Origin: Perna viridis
Lineage: Eukaryota
Assembly (NCBI GenBank): GCA_037379345.1
Contig: CM074512.1
Location: forward strand, 6,076,001 to 6,140,000
Direction of reading: 5' to 3'
Length of the DNA stretch: 64,000 nt
Shown here: piece after piece, positions 1-14,195 of the stretch
How the letters are laid out: each line of letters begins with the position of its first letter
Position numbering within the stretch: position 1 is the stretch's first letter
Position numbers and translations under genes: made by a program
Notes under the pieces: generated by a model
What the model was told of the DNA's origin: nothing
Seen by the model: the letters and a program-made list of their open reading frames with translations, nothing else
The model's database searches: none

Positions 1-1789
1 TTGAAATCTACCGGTATTCTCTTTTTAAGTAAATGTATAACATTTTGAAAAAAATTATCAGTGATAAGAACATATTTATTGTGTTGCTTAAGTGTCAGTA
101 GACAAATATTTCATGAGCAGGGGCATCACCTTTTCCTCCCAGATATAAAGATGTTTCTAGGTTAGTCTTATCTAAACCGATGATAGTAAATGTACTTCAG
201 TGACTTCATTTGTTTTGATAGTGAATCTGAAATTTTATCATAGTAGTTTGACAATACTCCTGATTGTGAATCATTCAAAGCAGCATATTTGTTATGCACT
301 TATGACATTTTCGATATAGGAAAAATAAAAAGGAAATTTCACTAAAACACTTGGTGCCGTTCAGTATTTAAAACATGATATACAACACAGAGAAAAAATA
401 TCTTTCGATATGAAAAGCAAGACACCATGAAGTACACTGTAAAGTGAAGTACATGTGTACAAGCTGAACAAATGATATTAATGCAGAAACAATCATAACC
501 AAACTATAAAACTCAACCTCAGATTACTCTAACCTCAGATTACTTGAACATTTTTGTCCCTTTGACTTTGACTTAATAAGGTTTGACTGTATTTGTTGAA
601 AGTAAATGCTATAGCACTAACCAATGCAGTTAATTGAATGCATAAAGAGTTTGCAGTATTATAGGTTTATTGACCTTTGTTCAATGCCATACATGTAGTA
701 TAAAAGTTTTCTGGTGTTGAAATCGGTTGAGCAATGCAATTCATATAATTTTTTTTTTTTAATTGGGACATTTGGTTTTCATTTGATAGCTTAAGTTTTA
801 GTGTGAAAATTGAAATTGTTAGGTTGTTGTCAAAACAGTTCTGGAATAAGCGGTCAAGAGGTATAATAAAAACTTACTCAGATTGTACTTAACAAAGAGT
901 CAAAGTTGTGAAGATTAAAAAATGTGCATTTATAGCTTACCTGGACCAAAGGTGAGCTAATGCCATCACATTGCATTCGTTGACTTGCATCTGTCGTCCT
1001 TAAAGTTTCAACATAAAGCTCAACTTTTTTATCAATTTTTTTGTAACAAACTAATAACAGAAATTATCTATGAGACAACATCTAAAAATGATTAATTTTT
1101 ATATACCAGTTTTTAAGACAGGATGTATAGTGGTATACCTTAGTCCATCAGTCTGTCTGTCTGTCATTCGCACTTTGCACAATAAGTCAAAAATGCTGTG
1201 ACCAATTTTTGTGAAACTTACATGAAATTTTTCTGCTGATTTATTTGCACACCCTTGTGATTTTTAAAAATTTCCAATTTGTAGTTTTTGAGTTATGGGA
1301 CTTTATTTGTCACATAACTCAAAAAACGCTTCCGCCAAATGCCATCACATTATGAATTCTTTATTTTTGTTGGTCTAGGCTTTTGATTTGTTTTCAAAAC
1401 CTGCAGATACAGAATCAAAATTCTGTGATCTATAGAAAGCACTTTGTCTGTTCTTCTGTTTGTCTGTTTCTGTTATCTTTTAAAAGTATTATTGCAAGGA
1501 TTAGATTATTGATTGGTTCCATTCTGGGTAGAATATTATTCTGTGTCATACATTTAGTCACAATCAAATTTCAGAGCTATATCAAGCTTGAATTTTGTGT
1601 TTGCCACATTTATTCAATGTTCAACCTCTGTGGATGTATCTTGCTGCACTCTGGAAAGCATTTTATTGTATTTGTATTATTGGTTGATGAAAGATGGCTG
1701 TCTGAGGGTATTAATGTATACTTCTGATTCATTTGTCAATATTTATAGAGCTACCCTTATACACTATGGGTGTCAATGTTTGAAACTTT

Positions 1790-2249
1790 GGTCTCACTAA
1801 CCACTTCTAACGTTCCCATTACTTTACATGTTAAACAAGTAATTTTCAATGTTTCACTATGAATTCCCAGGACAAATGACACCTTAAAGTTGCATACCAT
1901 TGAGAAGCTTGGAAAATAAGGCTTTCAAAATCATTACTCTATTGGTACGATGTCCGTAGAAATTCTTCACAAAATTTACTTGAATAAAAAATACTGAAAA
2001 TCAACATTTTTACCTTTTCTGCTAACTGACAGCATGGAGGCAAATTACTCACACATGTAAACAATATTCATACACTTTAGGAGTAAATTACATATATGAT
2101 TTTAAAGTACACATTCTCAGCTTTATTTTGACTACTTTTAATCAGAATACAAACAAATAATGCACTCATAATGCATAGCCTAGATTCAGTGTGTTTTTGG
2201 TACTACATAGGGGGGGTGGCCATTTGACCTGGAAGTGGTTAGTGAGACC
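1790..2249. mobile_element. 460-bp MITE, PIF/Harbinger (Tourist)-like, copy 1
   Basis: 18-bp perfect TIR GGTCTCACTAACCACTTC...GAAGTGGTTAGTGAGACC; colinear, highly similar copy at 45367-45826. Confidence 0.88.
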
Positions 2250-3777
2250 TTGATAGAGTTGTTGAACTTAATTCCCTCTACAAGAAATCCATTTTATTTT
2301 ATAGCTCAGTCAGTGGCTCAGTGGTGGTTGTTGTGCAAATGTTTTGAAATTTGATAGTTTGACTCAGTGCCCTCTTTTAACATTCCCCTTTTTGTATGGC
2401 TAAGATTGTGCAGTGGTTGGCTGCTGCCACTCAAACATGCCATTGAAATTCACGGGGAAGTACATTTTCTGCTTGATTATACCAGACAGCCACCAGAGGA
2501 TATATAAACTTCTGAATGGCCAGTTCCTCTTAGACCATAGGTGCCATTATTTTGAGACATGATAGGGCTTTTGATCTCAGTGTCCTAATGAATGATCCAT
2601 GTTTTTTGTAATGCAGTTAACCCAGCGGATGGCTGCGGCCTTGCGAAATTGCCATTGAAATGCTATGACAAAATACATTTTTGCATATTTACAAAATGTA
2701 TCTGCTAATACTTCACCATAGTTTTGCAAAGTTGGCCTAAATGGTGTGAGAAGAGACCTCTATAAATGATTTGTTTTTTTGTTTCACTTGATTAGATGAT
2801 ATGGCCATAATATTTCTTATTTTGTCTGGAGAGTGATTCAGGCTTTTGGATCGAACCACTAGTTTTATTAATTTTATTAGTTTAGACTGTTTTTTTTTCA
2901 ACATGATGCAATGTGAAGTTTCAGATATTTGAACTTTATTACTTTTAGACACCTTTAAAAATTTTTTGAGAGGCTCCTCTACACTTTTCACAATTGTATT
3001 TAAGTTTATTAGGTTAACCTGCAAGATGAACGAATGATGTTTATTGTTTTTATTCTTTACTTGACCATGTATTGTGTCATTCTTTGTAAGTTGCATTGGC
3101 CACACTGTTTTAGAAATAAAGGCAAATATATTTGAAAAGGCAATCCTCGAAATTTAATTAGCACATTCAAGCTCAGCTAACATTTGGCTATGTGGCTACC
3201 TTCTACCGCTAACACAGTTTATGGCTTTTAAGAAATCAAAGTGTCTTTTGTAGCTAAAATTGAACATAGAGGTCAGACATCTGTTTAAATGGTAATTAAC
3301 TCTACACAGTGTTCCATAGAGTATAATGATTTTGATCTGTATGTCCGTCTTCCTATCAATCCTATTTTTGTCTGCAAAAGTCTTCAAAACTGCTTTGTAG
3401 ACTTTTATGAAATATCAAACTAAGAAAAGTGCATGTACATTCTGCAGTATAGTTTTGTATTTATGTTTCAAAGGGAGATATTAGATTGACTATACGGCTA
3501 TGAAAGCTTTTTTTAATTGTTCTCTTATCAAATTTAAACTGTCTCAGAAAGCTATGCTGTATCAAATATTTATTCATTGTCCAAACTATGAGATGCATGC
3601 AGATCATACATACCCCACTGTACAGTATTTAAAGATCTGATCCAGTTTCCCACTATATAGCATTTTATTGTGTTTAGTCATAGACTTTAAATATGATAAG
3701 CTGTTCTCTTGAGTCACATCAGTTTTCAATAATCATTCAATTCTCTCTCAGTATTCAATTTGTTCTTTCTTTTTCAG

Positions 3778-3893
3778 ACATTTAAATGGTTGTGTATTAG
3801 ATACTATATCTCGACCATCAGTCCTAATTACAGATGCCTTTAATACTACATATCTACAGTCTCGGAGAAGACTAAGAGATGAACAATTAATGA
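3778..3893 (+). CDS. CPSF2: CPSF2/CPSF100 internal coding exon A (upstream exons lie outside the window)
   Basis: Pyrimidine tract + CAG acceptor, GTAAGT donor; translates (x)[38 protein letters not shown], matching metazoan CPSF2 [38 protein letters not shown]. Confidence 0.96.
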
Positions 3894-4215
3894 GTAAGTG
3901 TTGTATTCCACAGAATTATTCCCTTTCACCAAGTGGCTGGGCTTACCCTGGTAAAAGCATTGAGTCACTCTGTAACAGACAGTTTGCACTGTCAAGATTA
4001 ACAACTAGAATTTACATTTAACTAAATCTGATACTTCTTGATGCAAACCATTTATTACCATTCAAATGATCATTTTTTCATAGTGAAATAGTGAAGTGGA
4101 AAGAAATATTTAAATGACAACATCTCTATATCCTATCTAGTTAAACCAAGGATTCAAATTTGGACATTAAAACCTAGATAAGTAATTCTATTACTTACAT
4201 CTGTTTACATTTTAG

Positions 4216-4304
4216 CTACAATACTGCAGACGATGAGAAATGATGGGAATGTTCTAGTTGCCGTGGATACTGCTGGCAGAATGTTAGAACTTGTTCAGTT
4301 ATTG
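4216..4304 (+). CDS. CPSF2: CPSF2 coding exon B
   Basis: TTTTAG acceptor, GTATGT donor, phase-compatible with exon A (A+CT=Thr); [30 protein letters not shown] contains the CPSF2 GNVLIAVDTAGRVLEL motif. Confidence 0.97.
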
Positions 4305-5441
4305 GTATGTTTATAAATTTTGAGGAGAGGCAGACACTACCTTCCCTGATTAATATGCAATTTTAAGGTGTTATATATCTTTAGATTCTTCATTTAAATA
4401 CTTTCAAATACATATTTTGATGAGAAGCATTTTCACACAGTTTATTAGGTTGGGTATAAAATATTTAGGTGGGGACAGAAATATCTTTCAAAAAGTTTGC
4501 AGATAAATGTTTGTTTATGTTATCAAGACTTAAGGGGAAGAAAAAATGTTTAGAATTAGTTTTAGAAGTCCAAATCTCTGATGCAAATTAGCACTTAGTT
4601 CTCACACAATAACTTGAAAAATGATAGTAATTATGTTTAGTTGACCTCAATGAAATGTTTCTTCATAACGTTTGATCTTTGTATAGCTCCAATGACTTAG
4701 GAATCAAAATTATCATTCTTCAGTACCAAAAAAATGGAAAGGAAGACATCATGTGCTCTCTTGGGGCTGTTTTTCTTTTTTCTTTTTTTGTTTATAGTTA
4801 AAAATAATGCATGCAGTTGTTACACATATTTTACTCTTTATTTTATTGCACTTCTTAGTTTACTTTAAAAATAGTTCTTATATATTCGCAGTCTTAACAT
4901 CGTTAATTGTTTTTTTTTGTTTTTTTTTTATATCCTTGTCCCTGTTTCCGTGTGTCTGTAACAATTTTTCTCATCACAGTTTTCTCAGCTACTACCCATT
5001 GATAGTAGCTTGATATTTTAACACATTCTTTCTGTAGGTATGCCATATGGTGGATCGTTTTTGGGAAAAATTTGACAACTTCCTGCCAACCAAGAAATTT
5101 GTTTATTTTCCTTATATAGTGATTGTAAGCAGAGTATCACTTGTGAGCTATTGTTCACAGACTCCTTTTTGTTTTTGTTTTATATACTATATGAAACTAT
5201 TCTATTTATTTTTAATATTTTTAACTTTTTTTTCCTTCAGACAATGATATGGAGATTACATGGTGATATGAGAGAGGCCTTGTAATGAGACTTTTAGTAG
5301 TCAGTACCAATGTAGTCAGTTTAGAAATTACTTTTTCATAAGTTGAACATAAAGAGATAAAAACTTAATTTTAATTTTAGTTCAGAAAATATTTTTTCTG
5401 TACATAACATGTGTTATAACTTTGGTTATTTCCCTTTGTAG

Positions 5442-5540
5442 GACCAAATGTGGAGAACAACAGAATCTGGGCTTTCACCGTATTCTTTAGCTCTACTTAA
5501 CAATGTCAGCTTCAATGTGGTAGAATTTGCCAAGTCACAG
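5442..5540 (+). CDS. CPSF2: CPSF2 coding exon C
   Basis: TGTAG acceptor, GTATAT donor, 99 bp phase 0; [33 protein letters not shown]. Confidence 0.97.
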
Positions 5541-6188
5541 GTATATTGTACTATTCATTTTGATGATTTTTAAGGCAAAGACTTGAACCATTTTTAAATT
5601 AAGGGTACAAAAAGGGGCCAAAAGGTTTTCAGTTGTTGGGGTTGTTACTCTTAGTGTTAAAGATTATGGAACAAATAAGGGCCATTTTATAAAACTTAGC
5701 TATATAACTTAAGTATATGTGTATGGATCTCTGAAATCGCATCACAAGGTCAAATACCATCAAACTTAGGCTAGGGTTGATTGTTGGGTTGATCACGATA
5801 TCTATGATGGAATTAGGGGCCAAAAAGGCTGCTTCATATAGATGGGGTATACCTTGTAATTTATTTTGGGTGCTGTCGGACATCAACTTCCTGTTTCTTG
5901 GGACATTGCCTCTTTCCATTATGTGGAATGATAGAGAAAATTTTTGTCACAAAAATCTCAGCTCATATTGGATGGATTTATTTCATATTTGGTGTGTAGC
6001 CTTATATAGATAAGGCAAAAGTTGAAGCCAATTTGGGTGTTGTCGGATATCAACTTTATCAATGCTTGGAATATGATTGATTTTCACAGAAATCTGTTGA
6101 GGGGGACACTTATTTTAGACTGAGTGTCCAGTATGAAGGGATGGTGTATTTAGGCTTGCTCACTGTGTTTTTTTTTTACCTTCACCAG

Positions 6189-6311
6189 GTTGAATGGATG
6201 AGTGACAAGATTCTCAGATCATTTGAAGAAAACAGAAATAACCCATACAATTTGAAACATGTCAGATTGTGTCATAACTTGGCAGAACTTGCAAAAATAC
6301 CTGAACCAAAA
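6189..6311 (+). CDS. CPSF2: CPSF2 coding exon D (beta-CASP region)
   Basis: CCAG acceptor, GTAAGT donor, 123 bp; [41 protein letters not shown]. Confidence 0.97.
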
Positions 6312-7013
6312 GTAAGTAGAAAAATGATCCCTTGGAACTAAGGCTTGTTAGATTTGATTAGTCATTCAATTTTTAGTTCATCAGTCATTGTTTTCCCTAC
6401 AGATCATGTGCATTATTCACTGAATTGGAAAGGAAAATGTGTTTTTCTGCAGTTTGGAAAGCCATTTCAGTTTTTTTTTACATTTTAAGTCCTTTAAAAT
6501 TAGTTTTTACCATGTTAAAGAAAATTTTTCACTTGATTAAAACCATTGATTTTATTAAACAATCAGCTGCTTTGATCAAAAGATTGATATGAATAAGTAG
6601 GACATCTTTTTTGATATCTAAAATAGTAAATGACCAATGGACATTTCCTAAATTTATCTGTCAATGACAGGTATTATTTACCATTTCTGGAGCCTTGTTT
6701 GGGACAGCAGAACTGGCATTTAATTATTTTAACATTGTTGAAAGCTTGATTCTGGACCTGCAGAATTGTTTTAAGTTGACCTTTGAAAAACACTGCTGGA
6801 ATAATACTGCAGATTAAGACTTTGGGTAAGTTAAGTGTTCTTCAGTAAACCAGGTGACCTAACAAATGATGTCTGTCGAATGTTGATTACTTAAAATTTG
6901 TTGAGTATTATCATGGTCGATTTCGACCATGCAGATTAGTTAACTATACAATAACAAAACACATGATTAAATCATATTGACAGATTAAAATCTTTTGAAT
7001 TTTTTAAATTATG

Positions 7014-7238
7014 AAAGAGTAATCAAAGGAACCAAGGTTATAGCGGTAATCAAAAGAATGTAATACAGGGACAAAGACCAGACATGGAAAACAGACATTC
7101 ACAACAAAGAACATTAAGTAACTAAAATCATACATACAAAGTAACAAAAGTAAATGAGCTGGACCAGGTGTACCGGTAGGGTAAGCATCCTCTGCTTTTC
7201 TAGAAACACCCGCCGAGTTGCTCATAAAAAGTCAAGTC
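7014..7238 (-). mobile_element. Penelope-like (Naiad-type) element 3' terminal fragment with internal deletion
   Basis: Reverse complement of about 36277-36530, lacking about 35 nt of the structured motif; ends at the same GATTACTCTTT boundary. Confidence 0.85.
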
Positions 7239-8056
7239 GAACAATGGAATGGAATAAAGGATCATCCTATTTTATTGTATATGAAATTATTATTTATAAT
7301 TATGTCACTGTGCAGATAACGATTGTAGTTTGTTGTCTTTCTTTTGTCAAAATTTATGTAGTTAAGAATAAATTACTCTATGAACTCAGCTTTTAAAGTT
7401 TTATATGACCACCGATATGAAAACAGCTTTTCATAAAATTATGCCATTTCACTTAACAAAGCTACCATTTACAAGTGATAAGAATTATCCGAATTTCGTC
7501 ATGAAAGATGGCTCATTATTAAAGAAACATCCGTAATACCAAAAAGACTGTTACTAAAAATAGAACAATGTCTGGTCAAAATCATCTGCATTTTTGTGAA
7601 CCTGATTCCATTCCTAATATAAAATTTCCAAAGTGACTTTAGACAATTTTTTCAGTTTCACACGGTTTTTCATAGACAGGCCCTTAATGTTGTTTGTGTT
7701 GTTATAGGAGATGTGACATGAACATTATTTTATTATTGATACTTATATTTATAAAACCCTAGTATGTTTATTTACAAGTGTGACAAACAGGATGATAGCA
7801 TTAAAGTACTGACACTCCATGTATTGTACTTTCAAATATTTTAATGATAAAATAAATGAGCCTGGAAGGTTTATTATGACCCAGTGATAGGGTTTAGCGA
7901 CCCATGGCACAAGTGTTGATTGTGATTGACAGGCAGGTGTAGGACTTTCATAATAATATAAACAAGCATTTCATTTGCTTTGTGGAATTTGAAATAAAAC
8001 ATTGCTAACTTGAAACAATTGTACAATAAACATGTGCTAGGTGAAAATTGATGAGT

Positions 8057-8107
8057 TTGACTTTTTATGATCAACTTGACAGGTGTTTCTAGAAAAGCAA
8101 GGGGATG
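8057..8107 (+). mobile_element. Small remnant of the same Penelope-like 3' motif
   Basis: TTGACTTTTTATGATCAACTTGACAGGTGTTTCTAGAAAAGCAAGGGGATG aligns to about 36280-36329. Confidence 0.65.
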
Positions 8108-10331
8108 AACATTATGAATTATTTCTATGGATTAATCTTCAAACAGAAGTGGAATCTTTTAGTATTCAGAATAATTTTTTTCTGACAGTTCATCATTTTC
8201 TTCTAAAAATGGTTTAAATTGATATGTCTGAATGTAAAGATTTGCTGGCAAACCAGAACTTCCCCTTTTTTCCACTCTCAGTTGTAGAAATTATGCAGTA
8301 AGAGTGAAGCCCCAGACAAATCAACTGTCTATGTAAAAATTGAGAACCAATTAAGTAACACAGTCACTTGACCACATGGCTAATTTTGATTGTATGGGTC
8401 ACCTGCAATTTTGAATCTGTTTATTTTTATTCAAATAGTGTAATAAACTTCAAGGAACATTTTCATTGTATATACAAAATGTATTTGATATAACAAAGAA
8501 AAAGTTAGAAAATGAAATTTTTGTGTCACATCACCTTTTATTTGCACTGCTGTCATCCATAGACATTTGGTTTTCTTCACAATAACTTACAACATTAGTT
8601 GATGGATCAGGATAACGTTTTACGACAATTAGGTACCATATTTTAAATGGAAACTTGATAATGCTTTTATGATCTTAGCGGCTTTGCTCCAACTGCTGAG
8701 GAATAAGTGGCATAAAGGGGCATTTTGTTTTTGTTACTTTAAACTTTAAGTGTAAATGTATGGATCTTTTTTTTTGAAATTGCACCACAAGGTTCTGAAT
8801 CACTAAGATGCTGCTTGGATAATTTTTTTTTGTTGGAGTGGTGATGGGGGCATCATGAGCTTACCTGAATAGAAATTGGCTAAAAAGGGCAAAAGTACTT
8901 GAATTTTTTTATTTCTGGGCAGTAACTTGAGTAAAAGTATGAACCACTGTGAAAATATGCTACAAAGTTCCATACCATAGAAAGCAGTGATTGAAGGAGT
9001 TATGGCCCTTAGGGACACAAATGGGCAAAATAATCAGAAATTTCTTAAATTTTATCAATTGCTTATTTCTTATGTCTAATTTCAAATTATAAAGTTTTTT
9101 CACCACTTTTATTTCATTCAGAAAAGTAGGCTGTGTTCAACATTTCAGCACTTAAAATTTAGACTATATCAAGCTTGAATGCTGTACCTATAATTGGCCA
9201 AACTGTTCTGGTTTCCATGGCCACGGTAGAGCTGTATCAAGCTGTGCACTGTGTGATTCTTCAAAAAACTTATATTACTTAACTTGATTTTAAAAAAATT
9301 GCATCTTCAATTCTTTAAACTCAACAGTTGATCCATATAAAAGAAAATTTGTTTGGCCTCTGACTTATTTATGTTTTGGGCTTAAATAAGCTTACTAGTA
9401 AATGATGAAGGGTTGTGGTGGTTGTCCTTAGTAGATGAAGTTTTTTTTAAAAGATTGTTTCTGTATGTTTAATTTTTCTATGCTGTATCTTCCTTCATCT
9501 TGCAATTCATACTCATAAAGTTACAGTAATCAAAAAGCAAAGTTACTATGGTTTGGGAACTTTATTGAATTTGAATTATAAGGGCAATCACTCTGAAATT
9601 TAATTTCTTCTTCTCTTCCTTTATAATTGAATAAACTGAAATTATTGTGAAAATTGATGTGAAATTTCTATTAAAATGTTGATTGTCAACTGCTGAAAGT
9701 GGTAAAACTGTTTTTATGGCATTTTTTAGCTTGCTTTAGGATCTCATATGTTACATAATGTTTGCTGTTTCATCACATTTCAGAAAATATCATGGCACTT
9801 AATGAAAATAAATTTTGCTAAAAATTGATAATTGTGCAGTTTTCTCTAAGTAGTGCAAGATATTTGTGCTTGATGGCCCATAACACATTTGTTTACTTAG
9901 ATAGAGATAGATAACTTACTGTAAACGCTAGTAAACCTTGTTTTTGTTAAATAGAGTGATTTTTCTCAGTTTCTATTACTATCTGTTTGTTTAATGAAGA
10001 ATCATGCAGCTTATTGATGATAGTCTTGTTTTTAAATGTTTTGATGAGTATTTTAGATATAGATGTCTTAAAAATTTATCAACAAATTTATATCTGACTA
10101 CTAAGACCCTTTGGACATTTCACCTGAAATCCATTGTGTGTGTTATTTAAGTAGATTTGGTCCGGGTTAATACAATGTTCATGGTCATATTATTCAGCCT
10201 TTTGATATTTTATTGTATGTCATGCAAGATGGATATATCACATTCTGAACTCCTTGGTCTTGTCAGTGTCAAAATTAATATATATTACTCATTTTTGATT
10301 TTGAGAATTTTTATGAGAGTTATTTAAGTTA

Positions 10332-10717
10332 AGTCAAATGGATTAGTGTCACTGTATGTAGATTGTTTCAGTTCAGATGGATTAGTATCACTGCATATGT
10401 ACATGTAGATTGTTTCAGTTCAGATGGATTAGTATCACTGTACATGTAGATTGTTACAGGCCAGATGTGATTAGTATCACTGTGTATGTAGATTGTTTCA
10501 GGTCAGATGGATTAGTATCACTGTGTATGTAGATTGTTTCAGTTCAGATGTGATTAGTATCACTGTGTATGTAGATGGCTACAAGCCAGATGTGATTAAT
10601 ATCACTGTATATGTAGATTACTATAGGCCAGATGTGATTAATATCACTGCATATGTAGATTATTTCAGTTCAGATGGATTAGTATCACTGTGTATGTAGA
10701 TTGTTACTGGCCAGATA
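10332..10717. repeat. Minisatellite, 41-42 bp x ~9
   Basis: GATTAGTATCACTGTGTATGTAGATTGTTTCAGTTCAGATG. Confidence 0.9.
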
Positions 10718-10744
10718 AAGTGGTTTGTTAGTCCCATATTGATA

Positions 10745-10960
10745 GTGCTGAGATGATTTAATGAATTTTTCCATTGATGCTGCTAAGATGGTCCAATATT
10801 TTTTTTTCCATTGATGCTGCTTAGATGGTCCAATATTTTTTTTTCCATTGATGCTGCTTAGATGGTCCAATGGATTTTCCCCTATTGATGCTGCTGAGAT
10901 GGTCCAATAAATATTTCCATAAGTGCTACTGAATGGTGCAATAAATTTTTCCATTGATGA
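10745..10960. repeat. Minisatellite, ~37 bp x ~5
   Basis: TTTTCCATTGATGCTGCTTAGATGGTCCAATA. Confidence 0.85.
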
Positions 10961-12302
10961 AAAATTGGAAGCCATTTGAGGAAACACTTTCAGATGAATA
11001 CATCTGTCCATAATGAACACCATTTCAGGAAACACTTATGGTGAATACTTCTGAATTTTTTTTTTGCTTAGCTTACACAAAAATTAAGCATGGAATAATT
11101 AGAATTAAAATTTAGCTCTCTAAAACACAATTCATTTTTGTCTGGATTCGTTCAAACTTTTGGTAAAAAACGAAATAAATTTTTGCATTTGAATTTCTAT
11201 TTGACAATAAATTTGAGATGTATAAAGATTGATATTTCCAGGACTACTTTAAAGTAAGTTGTTATGGTGTCAGTTAACTGTAAGTTTCTAACTTTTTTAG
11301 ATGTAGTTTCATGGCAGGTGAATGAGATTTCTCAATGTTATTTCATGGCAGCTGAATGATTCCTGTTTTATTGTGTTCATGACAATAAGGTTATTTGGTA
11401 TTTAACTATTAATTTTATATGAGTACCCATTCATTCAGAAAAGTGCCTTTAATCTGGCATGAAATTTGTGGAATTGCTAATCAACTCCCTAGATAATCTA
11501 TGCTGCATGGAATTTCTTTCATGGAGCAATTTGGTAAAATTTCTAACAGTGTTCACATTTCATGTCCATTTGTGAACAAGGAATGATTGATTTTTTTATT
11601 CCATGTGGGGATTAAAGTTTTCCTATCAGCAATATATTTACGATTAATCATCTGAAATCAGACAATTAAGTTGTAGCTATATTCAGGTAATTCAATAAAA
11701 AATTAATCTGTAGGATTTGATACTTTTATTGTTGTGAATTTTATCCAACTGATTTGTGCTGTGTTTATGTAATTATTTATCATATGACAGTTTAATGAGA
11801 AGTTCATTGGATTTTGTAAGTCTATACACAATAATTCTGATCAGACTTATTGATTTATAAATACATTAAAGTGTTCTTTGCTTCTTCTTTAATTCATCAC
11901 ATATTAGAGTACATTGGTACATGTGTTCATCTACTAAAAGACATCTGTCATAAATAAATATTGTTAGTTTTTGTATCAGGAAGAAAATTTAGTCTGCAAA
12001 ATTGGAGAGAAATTTGGATATTTATACTCCCCTTGAACAAGTTTTGGAGGATATATACATATATCGTCTGTTCCCTTGTTTGTCTTGTCCATATGTCTGT
12101 GTACCTTTTAAGTTGTGTTTTAGTAAAACTTTATGAAAATAAAGAAAAGAGAAACTTTTTATTGGCTCAAAACAACATTGTACATTTTGGTACATCTGAC
12201 CTGTCAAGTCTCTTTGAATTACTACTACTAAGGGAGTTTTTAATGTCCTTGACTACCCTGTCAGGTTTCGCATGGACGATGCCTCATGGAATTACTGTGA
12301 TC

Positions 12303-13054
12303 TTTTATTTTAAGCAAAGTTTGGGGGTACATAGATTTCACCCTGTCTGTCTGCCTGTCTGTCTGAACTATTTTCTTAGCAGCTTTCAGTATTTTTATGA
12401 AACTTTGTGGGATGTAATATAACCACATGGAGATGTGCATACTGTCAGTGATTTATGTTTGTACCAAAATTGTAGAAATGACGGCTGTTGAACTTTTAGG
12501 CATTTTCCAGCAAAACTTGGTCTCATGTGTTGTCCGCAACTCCTCCTCAAAGAATAGAGGAATGTAATGAAACTCAATGGAGTGTTAAATTACCATATTG
12601 GGATGTGCATATTGTCAGGAATCTATGTTTGGGCAAAAATTTGGAACTGGCAGCTGTTTGCATTTTTCAGCAAAACATGGTCTGATGCATTGTCCACAGC
12701 TCTTCCTTAACTACTTGCAGGATTGTAATGAAACTGAATTGAGTGTAAAATTACCATATGGGGGTGTTCATATTGTCAGGAATTTATGTTTAAAGTAAAT
12801 TTGCAGTCATATTCTGTTCTTGTGAAATCTAAAAAACAAAAATATTACTGATTTTGGTTTGGAGTTAGGTGCATTGTATACATTGTCGAAGGCTTTTAAA
12901 GAACAAAACTTGTTGAAAGAACTTTAGAAATTTTAGAAATGACAGCAAAACTGTGTGTCAAAAGTGTCTATCCCCTATAAAAATTGTATCCCCAAATGGA
13001 CAGGGTTCAACAAACTGCGGGTGGTATTAGTCCCATTGGGGACAATACCTAGTT
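12303..13054 (+). mobile_element. Helentron-associated non-autonomous element (HINE/DINE-1-like) with internal ~165-bp tandem repeats
   Basis: 5' GGGGGTACA followed by (CTGT)n; repeat unit starts near 12424, 12593 and 12753; 3' GGGTGGTAT and hairpin GTCCC-ATTG-GGGAC before CTAGTT. Confidence 0.6.
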
Positions 13055-13972
13055 CTCTTCAATCTTTCAAAACTTTGCCATATCGCACACTATGTCTCTT
13101 CAAAGCTTAATAACTAACATATGGCAATATGAAATGCTTATGGAAAATATGTAATCTGATTTTAAATTGCTTTCTAGCATTAATTTGAAGTGAAAATGTA
13201 AATCAAATTTCTTTATATTGAACTCAAAATGGGTAGCTATAGGGCTCACAGATCTATCATATGAACAAAAATGATAGGGTCTTAGATAATCTTAATCTCA
13301 CATAGAAACAAATATTGTAAGGTCACTAATCAAACAGATCAACAGAAATTATATGATCTCTCAAATTTAACAGATGAACAGAAATGGAAGGAACTTACAT
13401 ATCTAGCAGACAAATGGTAGCTATAGGATCTAACAAATTTCACAAATAAGCAAAAATGAAAGGGCCTGCCAATCTAACAGATGAAAAAAATGGTAGGGGC
13501 TCACGAATCTAGACAAACAAAAAAGATAGCTATATGCTCTAGCAAATTGAATGGATTTAATCAAATGAATGAAAAATGAAAATGGCTTTGAATGGTGTTC
13601 CCAAGTTCAATCAGATCTTGAAATTTTGATTATTTTGTCTTAATTAGTCATATCATATTTTATTGATGAGTCTTATCCAGGCCTTAAATCAAGATCTGTT
13701 TCCAAATTTGGTGACCTTGTGGGTTTGAATTTTGTTAACACTGATGTGTTATTTAATTATGCAAATATTGATGAGTGCAACCTTTTGGTACTGATGAATA
13801 TTGTATAGGGATGTTAAACTTCAGTGTCCAGTGGGTGTGTTCCAACATTAAGCTCTCATAGGAAGATGAATTTATCTATTCTCTCTTCACTGTATAAAGA
13901 AATTGAAAGCTGTGCATTGTCAAAGGCTTTTAAAGAATGAAAGTTGTTGAAAGAACTTTGAATTGATGGTCA

Positions 13973-14145
13973 TGTCACATCAGTATTGTCTTGTTATATG
14001 TCAGATCAATGATGTCTTGTTATATGTCAGATCAGTATTGTTATATATGTCAGATCAGTATTGTGTTGTTATATGTCAGATCATTATTGTCTTGTTATAT
14101 GTCAGATCAGCATTGTCTTGTTAAATGTCAGATCAGTGTTGTCAG
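13973..14145. repeat. Minisatellite, ~26 bp x ~6
   Basis: GTCAGATCAGTATTGTCTTGTTATAT. Confidence 0.88.
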
Positions 14146-14195
14146 GAAACCCTCACACCATAAGGCAGACTGCAGCTGGCACCAAAACATTATAT

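Noticed and set aside
2737-3387. Minus-strand ORFs as a gene or LINE remnant
   Set aside because: No motif I can assign confidently; may be a very old retroelement fragment
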